From: an uncultured Nitrospinaceae bacterium
GTDB lineage: Bacteria; UBA8248
Length of the DNA: 64,000 bases
Assembly: GCA_964005815.1 (NCBI GenBank)
Contig: CAXFSR010000023.1
Coordinates: forward strand, 1 to 64,000
Direction: 5' to 3'
Numbering within the stretch: the first letter of the stretch is position 1; every line of letters starts with the position of its first letter. The notes below the pieces were generated by a model, which did no database searches, was not told the DNA's origin, and saw nothing but the letters and a program-made list of their open reading frames with translations. This document shows, piece by piece, positions 1 to 8,404 of the stretch. The translations under genes and the position numbers were made by a program.

Positions 1-759
1 AAAATCGATTTATTAACACTATTTCATGTTTTACTCGGAACCGCTCTTGCCTCTAGCGGCACCTTGGCACTAAATCAGGTTATAGAAAAAGATATTGACA
101 AAAAAATGAAAAGGACAAAAGATAGACCTCTTCCTAGTGGCCATATTTTCATGTCTGAAGCGATTGTTTTTTCCTCCTTGCTTCTAATATCAGGCTTAAT
201 ATATCTTTTGATATTCGGAAACATTATCTGTAGTTTAATTACTTTATCTTCTTCAGCCATTTACTTGCTTATTTATACCCCACTTAAAACAAGATCTCCT
301 TTAAATAGTATAATTGGCGCAATTCCTGGCGCAATTCCTCCATTGATTGGTTGGTCAGCTGCAACAGGATTTCTATCTTTTGAATCTTTCATTCTTTTCA
401 CAATCCTTTTCTTGTGGCAAATACCACATGCTTTAGCAATTGCGATTATGTATAAAGAAGAATTTGTTGCTGCAGGTATAAAATTATTACCCGCAAACGA
501 TCCAATCGGAAGAAATACTTGTCGACATATCATTGTATATTGCCTGACTTTAATTCCTGTTGGAATGATGCCTAAGTTTATCGGAATGGCTGGAAATTTT
601 TATTTTTTCTCATCAATTTTTTTGGGAATAATATATCTTAGTTTTGCGATTTCACTTTTTAGAAATTATAGCATCCCTTATGCGAGAAAACTTTTTTATG
701 TTTCTTTGATTTATTTACCTTTATTACTCTTATCTATGATTCTAAATCAAGTAAATTAA
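1..759 (+). CDS. ctaB: Protoheme IX farnesyltransferase (heme o synthase), 5'-truncated by window edge
   Basis: Frame open from base 1 (KIDLLTLFHVLLGTALASSGTLALNQ). Motifs EKDIDKKMKRTKDRPLPSG, YTPLK, GAIPGAIPPLIGW, FLWQIPH. Confidence 0.95.
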   Translation, partial: KIDLLTLFHVLLGTALASSGTLALNQVIEKDIDKKMKRTKDRPLPSGHIFMSEAIVFSSLLLISGLIYLLIFGNIICSLITLSSSAIYLLIYTPLKTRSPLNSIIGAIPGAIPPLIGWSAATGFLSFESFILFTILFLWQIPHALAIAIMYKEEFVAAGIKLLPANDPIGRNTCRHIIVYCLTLIPVGMMPKFIGMAGNFYFFSSIFLGIIYLSFAISLFRNYSIPYARKLFYVSLIYLPLLLLSMILNQVN

Positions 760-773
760 AAGGAAATCAAGCT

Positions 774-884
774 ATGAAAGACGAAAAACAAAAAAGGGGA
801 AATATAAAAACAATTTTCTTTCTTTTCGCTATTATAACTACTCTCATCGTTTGTTCAGTCATAACTGTTTTATTGAAAAACTAA
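774..884 (+). CDS. 36-aa single-TM small protein in oxidase operon (not in ORF track)
   Basis: AAGGA SD upstream of ATG774. MKDEKQKRGNIKTIFFLFAIITTLIVCSVITVLLKN: basic N-terminus plus one hydrophobic helix. Fills the gap between ctaB and subunit III. Confidence 0.7.
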   Translation: MKDEKQKRGNIKTIFFLFAIITTLIVCSVITVLLKN

Positions 885-910
885 TTCTTTCTCCATAAAA
901 GGCATTCTCA

Positions 911-1477
911 GTGGAAAAGTCCTCTGAAAAAAATCTTGTTTCCAATTCTCAGATTGCAATGATCGTTTTTATTGCTGCAGAGTTAATGTTTTTCTCAGGT
1001 CTCATTAGCACCTTTCTTGTTTTTCGTTTTAGCGGGGAACCTTGGCCACCACCATTTCAACCTAGATTGCCAATTTTGCTAACGACTATAAATACAATTC
1101 TTTTGATTTTTAGTAGTTTTACTATGTGGCAAACCCAAAAGAAAATTCAACGAAAATCTAATTTTATATCTTATTTTTTAATAACTATTTTTCTTGGTTT
1201 AATATTTCTACTCATTCAGGGATTTGAATGGATTAAAATGTTAAATTTTGGTCTATCTGCAAAATCAACGCCCTATGGCTCCACTTTTTATGTAATTATT
1301 GGGACACATGGCGCACATGTTTTAGGTGCAGTTTTATGGCTTCTGCTATTATTCTTAAAGATATTGTTCATCAAACCCAAAAAAATAGAAAATTCTAAGG
1401 TTTCACTTTGTGCTATGTACTGGCATATGGTTGTAGGATTATGGCCAATTTTATTCATTTTAGTTTACTTAGTCTAG
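911..1477 (+). CDS. ctaE: Cytochrome c oxidase subunit III family protein (paralog 1)
   Basis: FIAAELMFFSGL, NTILLIFSSFT, YGSTFYVIIGTHGAHV, MYWHMV. Confidence 0.9.
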   Translation: MEKSSEKNLVSNSQIAMIVFIAAELMFFSGLISTFLVFRFSGEPWPPPFQPRLPILLTTINTILLIFSSFTMWQTQKKIQRKSNFISYFLITIFLGLIFLLIQGFEWIKMLNFGLSAKSTPYGSTFYVIIGTHGAHVLGAVLWLLLLFLKILFIKPKKIENSKVSLCAMYWHMVVGLWPILFILVYLV

Positions 1478-1534
1478 ATCTTTTGAAAAGCCGGATTGAT
1501 TGACATGTACAATTCTAGTGGGCATAATTTTGCA

Positions 1535-1747
1535 ATGAAAAAGTTGTTTGAAAATATACATTTAATATTTTTTTTATTTTTTCTAGCATTATTAATTAAG
1601 CCCTATGATGCTTTCGCATGCTCTGTGTGTGGGCAAAATGATACCTTTTTTTGGAGTTTTATTTTTTTAATTGTAATACCTTATCTTATAGTTTTTTCAA
1701 TAGTAGGGTACTTTTTGTTATACAAAAGACTTAAACATGCGAAGTAA
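1535..1747 (+). CDS. Small exported/membrane protein with CxxC after a signal peptide
   Basis: Probable start ATG1535 (ORF extends to 1496). Signal peptide ...YDAFA then CSVCG, then a C-terminal TM helix. Confidence 0.7.
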   Translation: MKKLFENIHLIFFLFFLALLIKPYDAFACSVCGQNDTFFWSFIFLIVIPYLIVFSIVGYFLLYKRLKHAK

Positions 1748-1767
1748 GATTAGTAAAGGAGAAGATT

Positions 1768-2385
1768 TTGAGTGAAGCAGCCTCAGCAAGTCATGTAGTC
1801 GAACCAGCTGAAACTCCACTAACTCCTGAAAGTTGGGGAAAGCTAGGAATGTGGATTTTTCTAGCAGGTGATGCTATGTCCTTTGGTACATTGCTCGTCG
1901 GATATGCGCTTATGAGAGGTTCGAGCGAAAATTGGCCTATTCCAATGGAAGTTTTGGGCATAAATTTAACAGCTTTTATGACCTTTCTACTTATAGTTAG
2001 TAGTGTAACTATGGTTAAAGGATTAGAGTCCATAAAAAATGGAGATACCCAAGGTCTTGTAAAATTTTTGTCATATACGATTTTAGGCGGAGTTATTTTC
2101 CTCGGTTTACAAGCTTATGAATGGACTCACCTAATTCAATCCGGACTTTTCATTGCGGAGAATCCACATGGAGACGGTCTGTTTGGAGCAACATTTTATG
2201 CGATCACAGGCTTTCATGGTCTGCATGTTACCGGTGGTGTAATCTATTTATGTTTTATAGCTTTTCGTGCTAAAGCAGGTAAGTATTCTTCCACAAACTG
2301 GAATGAGGTCGAAATAGTTGGTTTATACTGGCATTTTGTTGATCTGGTTTGGATTTTAGTATTTACATTTATTTATTTATTGTAA
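1768..2385 (+). CDS. ctaE: Cytochrome c oxidase subunit III family protein (paralog 2)
   Basis: GKLGMWIFLAGDAMSF, TFLLIVSSVTMV, FYAITGFHGLHV, GLYWHFVDLVWILVFTFIYL. Confidence 0.92.
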   Translation: MSEAASASHVVEPAETPLTPESWGKLGMWIFLAGDAMSFGTLLVGYALMRGSSENWPIPMEVLGINLTAFMTFLLIVSSVTMVKGLESIKNGDTQGLVKFLSYTILGGVIFLGLQAYEWTHLIQSGLFIAENPHGDGLFGATFYAITGFHGLHVTGGVIYLCFIAFRAKAGKYSSTNWNEVEIVGLYWHFVDLVWILVFTFIYLL

Positions 2386-2406
2386 ATTGTTTGGAGAAAT
2401 TTAAAT

Positions 2407-2700
2407 ATGACATCAAATGATCACGGTCACGAAAAACACCACACAAACTACATGGCTATTTTTTGGTGGTTACTTGCTCTTACGATTATAGAAGTTCTTG
2501 CCGGCATACCCGAGGCAAGTCCTTCATATCCACAAATTTTAAAAGCTTCTGTTTTGGTGGGCTTTGCAGTCGTTAAAGCTTTATTAGTTGCTCTTTATTT
2601 TATGCATCTAAAAGACGAAAAAAGCATACTAAGCTACATAGCACTCATTCCTTTTGTGTTATGTGTTTTTGTAGTTATTATGGTACTCCCTGACTTTTAA
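2407..2700 (+). CDS. ctaF: Cytochrome c oxidase subunit IV (caa3-type)
   Basis: His-rich N-terminus, LLALTIIEV, KALLVALYFMHLK. Confidence 0.9.
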   Translation: MTSNDHGHEKHHTNYMAIFWWLLALTIIEVLAGIPEASPSYPQILKASVLVGFAVVKALLVALYFMHLKDEKSILSYIALIPFVLCVFVVIMVLPDF

Positions 2701-2737
2701 AGTTTCACGCAAGGGTATTTTTTAAGGACTTTCAAAG

Positions 2738-3163
2738 TTGTCTTTCCAAGATCTTCCAACTATTAATGCTATTTTAAATGGACTTAGTGCTGTTTTCCTA
2801 GTTATTGGGTATGTTCATATTCGTAGTGGAAAACCCTTTAAACATAAAATTTTTATGATTGGTGCTTTTTCTATTTCGGTTGTTTTTTTGATTTGTTATC
2901 TAATTTACCACTATCAAGTCGGTTCTGTTGGTTTTAAAGGGCAGGGATTTATTAGGCCTATTTATTTTATAATTTTAATTTCCCATACTATTCTCGCAGC
3001 TTTAGTTCCTCCGCTAGCTATTATTTCATTATACAGAGCTTTTAAAGGCCAATTTGCTAAACACAAAAAAATTGCACGTTGGACTTTTCCAATCTGGCTA
3101 TATGTTTCTATAACCGGAGTCATGGTTTACCTTATGCTTTACGTTTTTTATCCAAGCGCGTAA
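2738..3163 (+). CDS. DUF420-family membrane protein (oxidase-associated)
   Basis: LPTINAILN, FLICYLIYH, HKKIARWTFPIWLYVSITGV. Confidence 0.88.
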   Translation: MSFQDLPTINAILNGLSAVFLVIGYVHIRSGKPFKHKIFMIGAFSISVVFLICYLIYHYQVGSVGFKGQGFIRPIYFIILISHTILAALVPPLAIISLYRAFKGQFAKHKKIARWTFPIWLYVSITGVMVYLMLYVFYPSA

Positions 3164-3513
3164 TGACTTTTTATACTTACTTAAAAAATGCACTTTTACT
3201 TAAATGTCCTAGTTGTATGCAAGACGATATTTTCACAGGTATGCTGAAGATGAATTTTAAATGTAAAAATTGTCTTCATGTTTACGAACTAGAACAGGGT
3301 TATTTTGTCGGGGCAATTTATATTAATTATGGAATGACTGTATTAGCTTCTTTTCTTCTGTACAGCATTTTAAGCTTTTGTTTTTCTGTGAAACTAGAAT
3401 TCTTAATAATTGCCCTCTCTCTTTTTTGTATAATTTTTCCTGTTTTATTTTTTCGTTTTTCAAGATCATTGTGGATAAATATAGATTTTTTTATAAACAA
3501 AAAAAAATATTAG
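3163..3513 (+). CDS. DUF983-like protein (CxxC..CxxC plus two TM helices)
   Basis: ATG3163 overlaps the upstream TAA (TAATG). KCPSC...KCKNC, EQGYFVGAIYINYG, FRFSRSLW. Confidence 0.8.
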   Translation: MTFYTYLKNALLLKCPSCMQDDIFTGMLKMNFKCKNCLHVYELEQGYFVGAIYINYGMTVLASFLLYSILSFCFSVKLEFLIIALSLFCIIFPVLFFRFSRSLWINIDFFINKKKY

Positions 3514-3542
3514 CTCTTCAAAAAGAAGGTGTTTAAACAATA

Positions 3543-4478
3543 ATGGATAATGAATTAGCTATTTCTGTTAAGTCTTTAAGTTTTTCTTACGGCCAGAAAA
3601 TTGCTTTAAATAATTTTTCTTGTGAAGTAAGAAAGGGAGAAATTTTTGCACTACTTGGGCCTAATGGAGGGGGGAAAACAACTTTATTTAAAATACTTGC
3701 CACTCTACTCCCTTTGCAAAAAGGGAGCGTTAACATATTTAATTTGGGACTCACAGATAGTCCACAAGAAATTCGTAAGTTTATTGGAGTAGTTTTCCAA
3801 AATCCAAGCATTGATCTCAAATTAACTGTCAAAGAAAACATAATTCATCATGGAAGACTTTTCAATATAACAGGAAAAACTTTGCTACATAGAATGGAAA
3901 AAAATCTAGAACATTTTAACCTTAATGAAAGAAAAAATGATTTAGCGGAAAACCTTTCAGGGGGTCTCAGAAGAAGGTTAGAATTATCAAAAACACTTAT
4001 TACAAAACCAAAAATATTACTTTTAGACGAACCCAGTACAGGATTAGACCCTGCAGTACGTATTGATTTAAGCACGGAACTTAAAAGACTTAGAAGAGAG
4101 GAAAAAACCACTATAGTAATCACTACTCATCACATGGACGAAGCGGAAAGATGTGATAGAGTTGGGATTATTCACGAAGGAAAATTAATAGCAAAAGGAA
4201 TGCCTGAAGAATTAAAAAAAGAAATTAGCAACGATATAGTCGTTAAAATTGAAACAAATATCCCAAAAGAACTTCAGAATCATATTTCAGATAAATTGCG
4301 TTTAAATTCTACAATCTCTGATGAAAGTTTATATATAAACACCACAAAAAATAATGATTCAATCCATAAATTATATGGTTTGTTTTCTGATCAAATTCAA
4401 TCTATAACTTTTTCTCAACCTTCATTAGAAGATGTTTTTGTCCAAAAAACAGGACATAAATTTAAAGATATTGAATAA
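3543..4478 (+). CDS. ABC transporter ATP-binding protein (DrrA-like exporter)
   Basis: Walker A GPNGGGKTT, signature LSGG, Walker B LLLDEP, TTH, PSLEDVF. Confidence 0.93.
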   Translation: MDNELAISVKSLSFSYGQKIALNNFSCEVRKGEIFALLGPNGGGKTTLFKILATLLPLQKGSVNIFNLGLTDSPQEIRKFIGVVFQNPSIDLKLTVKENIIHHGRLFNITGKTLLHRMEKNLEHFNLNERKNDLAENLSGGLRRRLELSKTLITKPKILLLDEPSTGLDPAVRIDLSTELKRLRREEKTTIVITTHHMDEAERCDRVGIIHEGKLIAKGMPEELKKEISNDIVVKIETNIPKELQNHISDKLRLNSTISDESLYINTTKNNDSIHKLYGLFSDQIQSITFSQPSLEDVFVQKTGHKFKDIE

Positions 4479-4501
4479 GAATATAATCAACAGGAAATGA
4501 G

Positions 4502-5281
4502 ATGAATTTTCTACTATGTAGTTTCACGATTTGGCAAAGAGAAATAGTTCGTTTTATGAGGCAAAGGAGCCGAATTATCGGTACACTCGGTCAACCGTTT
4601 TTATTCTGGATATTATTAGGGAGTGGATTTGGAAGCTCATTTAGAATTAACGGTATTGAATTAAGTTCAGGATACCTTGAGTATTTTTTCCCTGGAATTC
4701 TCGTAATGATGATATTATTCACAGCTATTTTTTCGACCTTTTCAGTTGTAGAAGATAGAAAAGCAGGATTCCTTCAGTCGGTTCTTGTAGCCCCAGTTCC
4801 AAGAGAAGCAATTATACTTGGTCATATTCTTGGAGGAACCACCTTGTCTATTATGCAAGGTTTTCTTTTCCTTTGCGCTGCACCTTTAGTAGGCATCACT
4901 TTAACTACAGAGGTAATTGGGTTTTCATTCTTAACTATGCTAGTTATAAGTTTTTCCTTAACGAGTTTAGGCTTAGTATTCGCGTGGAAGATTGAATCAA
5001 CACAAGGATTTCATTCAATAATGAATCTTTTTCTTATACCGTTATGGCTCTTATCAGGTGCAGTTTTTCCCCAAGGGAGTGCGCATCCTATAATCGGTTG
5101 GCTTATGAAAATAAATCCACTAACTTATGGAGTTACTATACTTAGAAGAAGTCTTTTTCCCGGACAAGATGAAATTTTTTCAGAATTTCCCAGTACATTA
5201 ACTTGTTGGGTAATTATCTGTTCCTTCACACTAATTATTTTTCTAATTGCTTCACAGACTGCAAAAAAATATGAAGGATAA
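4502..5281 (+). CDS. ABC-2 type transporter permease
   Basis: WQREIVRF, YFFPGI, DRKAGFL..VLVAPV, NPLTYGV; follows the ATPase. Confidence 0.9.
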   Translation: MNFLLCSFTIWQREIVRFMRQRSRIIGTLGQPFLFWILLGSGFGSSFRINGIELSSGYLEYFFPGILVMMILFTAIFSTFSVVEDRKAGFLQSVLVAPVPREAIILGHILGGTTLSIMQGFLFLCAAPLVGITLTTEVIGFSFLTMLVISFSLTSLGLVFAWKIESTQGFHSIMNLFLIPLWLLSGAVFPQGSAHPIIGWLMKINPLTYGVTILRRSLFPGQDEIFSEFPSTLTCWVIICSFTLIIFLIASQTAKKYEG

Positions 5282-5301
5282 TAAAAAGAATTCACTAAAA
5301 T

Positions 5302-5646
5302 TTATCTTAAACTAGAAATAAATTCGGACAGGACTTTAAGTTCTTTGTTCTTTATATGAGGAAGAGCTCTCATCCTTCCTTTTCCATTTGAAACAACTTT
5401 TTTTATATATTCTTCGCTCAGATTTCGTTCGCGCAATTTTGGTGCAATCCCGGTTCCTCGAGCATTGATCCCATGGCATGACACACAATTCTTTGAATAT
5501 ATTTTTTTACCGCTTAACGTTTTTTTTGAAACCGAACTACCACAACAGGTAACATCTTCAGTTAAGATTTGAGGGTTTTTTGAAAAAAAATAAAAACCAA
5601 CAAAAAACAAAAAAACTATTACGAGTACTCCAACAACAACTCTCAA
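5302..5646 (-). CDS. Membrane-anchored class I c-type cytochrome
   Basis: N-terminal TM, GKKIYSKNCVSCHG (CxxCH), distal Met in GKGRM. Confidence 0.88.
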   Translation of the reverse strand: MRVVVGVLVIVFLFFVGFYFFSKNPQILTEDVTCCGSSVSKKTLSGKKIYSKNCVSCHGINARGTGIAPKLRERNLSEEYIKKVVSNGKGRMRALPHIKNKELKVLSEFISSLR

Positions 5647-5670
5647 AAAAATCCTCGTTAATGAATATAT

Positions 5671-6972
5671 TTATAGTATCTTCTTATGCAAAAATTTTTT
5701 TGCATTCTTGCCTGAGTACTCTGACACACATTGTCCATTACCAATTATTCTGTATTTATATGTAATAAGTCCTTCAATGCCCATCGGTCCTCTTGCATGT
5801 ATTTTATCAGTTGCAATTCCAACCTCGGCACCAAATCCATACCTAAAACCATCAGCAAAACGTGTAGACGCATTCAACATCACACTTGCAGAATCTACAT
5901 TAGATGAGAATTTTTCTGCAGAACTTTGGTTTTTAGTAACTATTGAATCTGTATGACGAGAACCATATTTGTTAATATGGGCAATAGCATCTTCTACAGA
6001 TTCTACAATACGGACAGAAATTATAAGATCTAAATATTCAGTTTTCCAATCAATTTCTGAAGCCTCATTAATATCGGAAAAAATTGAGATTGTTTTTTTG
6101 CAACCTCGAATTTCTACATTTTTTTCTTTTAAAGCCTGTAAAATTGAAGGCAGAAATTTTTTTGCCACATCTTTATGGACTAGTAACGTTTCGATCGCAT
6201 TACACACCCCTGGATACTGTGTCTTAGAATCTATTGTAAGGTTTAAAGACATTTCTTCATCAGCATCTGCATCAATATAAAGGTGGCAAATCCCATCAGT
6301 ATGTCCCAAAACCGGTATATTTGAATTTTCTTTTATATAACGTACAAAATCATTTCCCCCACGTGGAATTAAAAGGTCTATAGCATCATCTCTAGCTAAT
6401 AAAGATTTTACATCCTCTCGACCCTCCAATAACTGAATTGTTCCTTTTGGTAAACCTGCATCAATTAAGGCACTTGTAATTATCTGAGTGAGAAGGAAAT
6501 TTGTATTAAAAGCTTCTTGACCACCTTTTAAAATAACAACATTTCCAGACTTTATACATAATGAGGCAATCTGTACTAAAGCGTCAGGTCGAGATTCAAA
6601 AATAGCTGCAATAACGCCTATAGGACAACTAAGACGATCAAGTTGAAGGTTTTTATCTAATAAGGTTGTCATTTGAATTTTATTTAAAGGATTTTCAAGT
6701 TTCGAAACAGCCATAACACCGGCTGAAATCTCTTTGATTTTAGATTCATCTAGTTTCAGTCTATCTAGAAGAGAATTTGCTATTTCACCGTTTTCAACCA
6801 TTTTTTTTGCAACTTCTAAATCTTCACTATTCGCTTCCAATATTTCATTAACTTGAGATTCTAAATTTTTTGAGATCAATTGAAGACCTCTATTTCTAAC
6901 TTCATGTTGTAAAGGAACAAGCTCTAGAAAAGAATTTTGTGCTTGATCACATATTAAACTTACATCCGACAT
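5671..6972 (-). CDS. proA: Gamma-glutamyl phosphate reductase
   Basis: PIGVIAAIFESRPD, KSGNVVILKGG, CNAIETLLVH, NASTRFADGFRYGFGAEVGIAT.KIHARGPMG. Confidence 0.96.
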   Translation of the reverse strand: MSDVSLICDQAQNSFLELVPLQHEVRNRGLQLISKNLESQVNEILEANSEDLEVAKKMVENGEIANSLLDRLKLDESKIKEISAGVMAVSKLENPLNKIQMTTLLDKNLQLDRLSCPIGVIAAIFESRPDALVQIASLCIKSGNVVILKGGQEAFNTNFLLTQIITSALIDAGLPKGTIQLLEGREDVKSLLARDDAIDLLIPRGGNDFVRYIKENSNIPVLGHTDGICHLYIDADADEEMSLNLTIDSKTQYPGVCNAIETLLVHKDVAKKFLPSILQALKEKNVEIRGCKKTISIFSDINEASEIDWKTEYLDLIISVRIVESVEDAIAHINKYGSRHTDSIVTKNQSSAEKFSSNVDSASVMLNASTRFADGFRYGFGAEVGIATDKIHARGPMGIEGLITYKYRIIGNGQCVSEYSGKNAKKFLHKKIL

Positions 6973-7008
6973 AGAATAATTCCTTCAATTTAAAAAACAA
7001 ATTTACCT

Positions 7009-7884
7009 TTATTTATAAATTGACTCAATGTGTTCGATAACAAGCGTGCCAACGTCATAGTTATAAATTTCTTCAATTCCTTTAAACCCAGGAGATGCAT
7101 TAACTTCTAGAATCAAAAAACCATTTTTAGTTTCAAGAAAATCAATTCCAGCAATTTCTAATCCACAAGCAATTGCCACACTTATTGCAAGTTCTTCTAT
7201 TTCAGCGTTTAAATTAAATTCAGCAAAAATACCACCTCGATTATGATTAGATCTAAATCCTTTTTTGGGAACTATTCTTCTTACTGACCCAATGACTTTT
7301 TTCCCCAACACTAAGACCCTAATATCACTCATAGGTTTAGTTGGGATAAATTCCTGAACAATAGTATCTTGCTCTAGACCCCACATAACATCTGCAATGG
7401 ATTGAGATTCATCTGTTTTTGATATTTTCATTACTCCTTTTCCCTGAGAACTTCTCGGAAGTTTCATAATAACAGGGACACCACCAACATTTTCTAATGC
7501 ACTTTCAAAAAATTCAGGATTAGGTGCAAAAGAACTATTTGGTACCGGAAAACCATTAAACGCTAGATATTGCAAAGTATTAATTTTATCCCTTGCAATA
7601 GCTATAGATTCAGGCGTATTCATTACTTGGAACCCAGCATACTGTAAATGTTTTAAAAGATTTAAAGAATGATCAGATATACCAGCACCTAAACGAGGTA
7701 AAAAAATATCGGCACCATTAAACAAATTATTAGAATATTTTAAAATAAATTTGCCGTTTTTTATATTAAGCAAGAACTGATAAGGATCTAAAATATCGAC
7801 TCTATGATTTCGATTTTTTGCAGACTCAAAAATACGTCTAACACTATAGAGAGTTTTGTCACGACAAAAGATAACTATATGCAA
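7009..7884 (-). CDS. rimK: RimK-family ATP-grasp alpha-L-glutamate ligase
   Basis: LYSVRR, PRLGAGI, ARDK, QGKGV, QEFI, DIRVLV, FRSNHNRGG, LEVNASPGFKGIE. Confidence 0.9.
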   Translation of the reverse strand: MHIVIFCRDKTLYSVRRIFESAKNRNHRVDILDPYQFLLNIKNGKFILKYSNNLFNGADIFLPRLGAGISDHSLNLLKHLQYAGFQVMNTPESIAIARDKINTLQYLAFNGFPVPNSSFAPNPEFFESALENVGGVPVIMKLPRSSQGKGVMKISKTDESQSIADVMWGLEQDTIVQEFIPTKPMSDIRVLVLGKKVIGSVRRIVPKKGFRSNHNRGGIFAEFNLNAEIEELAISVAIACGLEIAGIDFLETKNGFLILEVNASPGFKGIEEIYNYDVGTLVIEHIESIYK

Positions 7885-7929
7885 TTTAATAATCTCTAAA
7901 AAGAAATAAAAATATTATATTCTAAAATG

Positions 7930-7998
7930 AAAAAAAAGTGGCTTCCCCCTCTATAATTTTATCACCGGTTGGCTTTTAAAATAGAGGGGGAGGAAAGC
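7930..7998 (-). terminator. Intrinsic-terminator-like hairpin with U8 tail
   Basis: Minus strand TCCCCCTCTAT...ATAGAGGGGGA (11-bp stem, + coordinates 7981-7991 and 7944-7954) followed by AGCCACTTTTTTTT. Confidence 0.7.
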
Positions 7999-8039
7999 TA
8001 GCATGGCAATTGATTTGCCAAGGCAGGCTATTACTCATA
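7930..8039 (-). ncRNA. Candidate ~110-nt sigma-54-dependent small RNA or leader transcript
   Basis: GC-rich structured island in a very AT-rich intergenic region. Bounded by a sigma-54 promoter (predicted +1 about 8038-8039) and a terminator. Internal hairpin TGGCAA-ATCAA-TTGCCA. Confidence 0.55.
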
Positions 8040-8049
8040 CCTTAAGATA

Positions 8050-8066
8050 TGCAAATTCCATGCCAA
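8050..8066 (-). promoter_or_regulatory. Sigma-54 (-24/-12) promoter
   Basis: Minus strand TTGGCATGGAATTTGCA matches YTGGCACG-N4-TTGCW with exact GG-N10-GC spacing. Confidence 0.8.
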
Positions 8067-8086
8067 GATTAAAAAAAACAACCTAT

Positions 8087-8119
8087 CTAATTATTTATAA
8101 ATGAGTTATAAATAATTAG
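8087..8119. promoter_or_regulatory. 14-bp inverted repeat containing an IHF-like site
   Basis: CTAATTATTTATAA-ATGAG-TTATAAATAATTAG. TATAAATGAGTTA (8096-8108) is one mismatch from WATCAANNNNTTR and lies between enhancer and promoter. Confidence 0.5.
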
Positions 8120-8150
8120 TGTAATAAATTAATCAATTTCAAGAAGAATA

Positions 8151-8187
8151 TATTACGATATATAGTAATATTATGATATTTCGTAAT
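8151..8187. promoter_or_regulatory. Tandem palindromic upstream activator sequences (enhancer)
   Basis: ATTACGATATATAGTAAT (8152-8169) and ATTATGATATTTCGTAAT (8170-8187), variants of ATTACGA-N4-TCGTAAT, about 110-150 bp upstream of the predicted +1. Confidence 0.65.
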
Positions 8188-8382
8188 ATATTAACTTAAT
8201 TAATTTAATTAGACTGATTTCCAGAAAGAAAATGACCAACTTTTAATAATAAATTTTTTAAAACTGAGGCTTTTCATTAAAAAAAAGAAAAGAAATTTGT
8301 TTTTTTATTTTTTTTAATGAAATCGTAACAAAAAAAAATAATTCTACTTTCTAATTTTACGATTTTATAATTTAAAATAACA

Positions 8383-8404
8383 TAATTACGATATTTCGTA
8401 ATTA
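8383..8404. promoter_or_regulatory. Perfect copy of the palindromic activator motif
   Basis: TAATTACGA-TATT-TCGTAATTA, overlapping the stop codon of the Rieske gene. Confidence 0.6.

Noticed and set aside
3079..3162. N-terminal extensions of ORF-track calls (3079; also 1496, 23340, 26237, 36492, 58278)
   Set aside because: They overlap upstream genes or lack an SD; downstream starts fit operon packing and family N-termini better
8151..8404. Repeated palindromes as a CRISPR array or MITE
   Set aside because: Irregular spacing, only three full copies, no spacers or cas genes; the position fits enhancer sites
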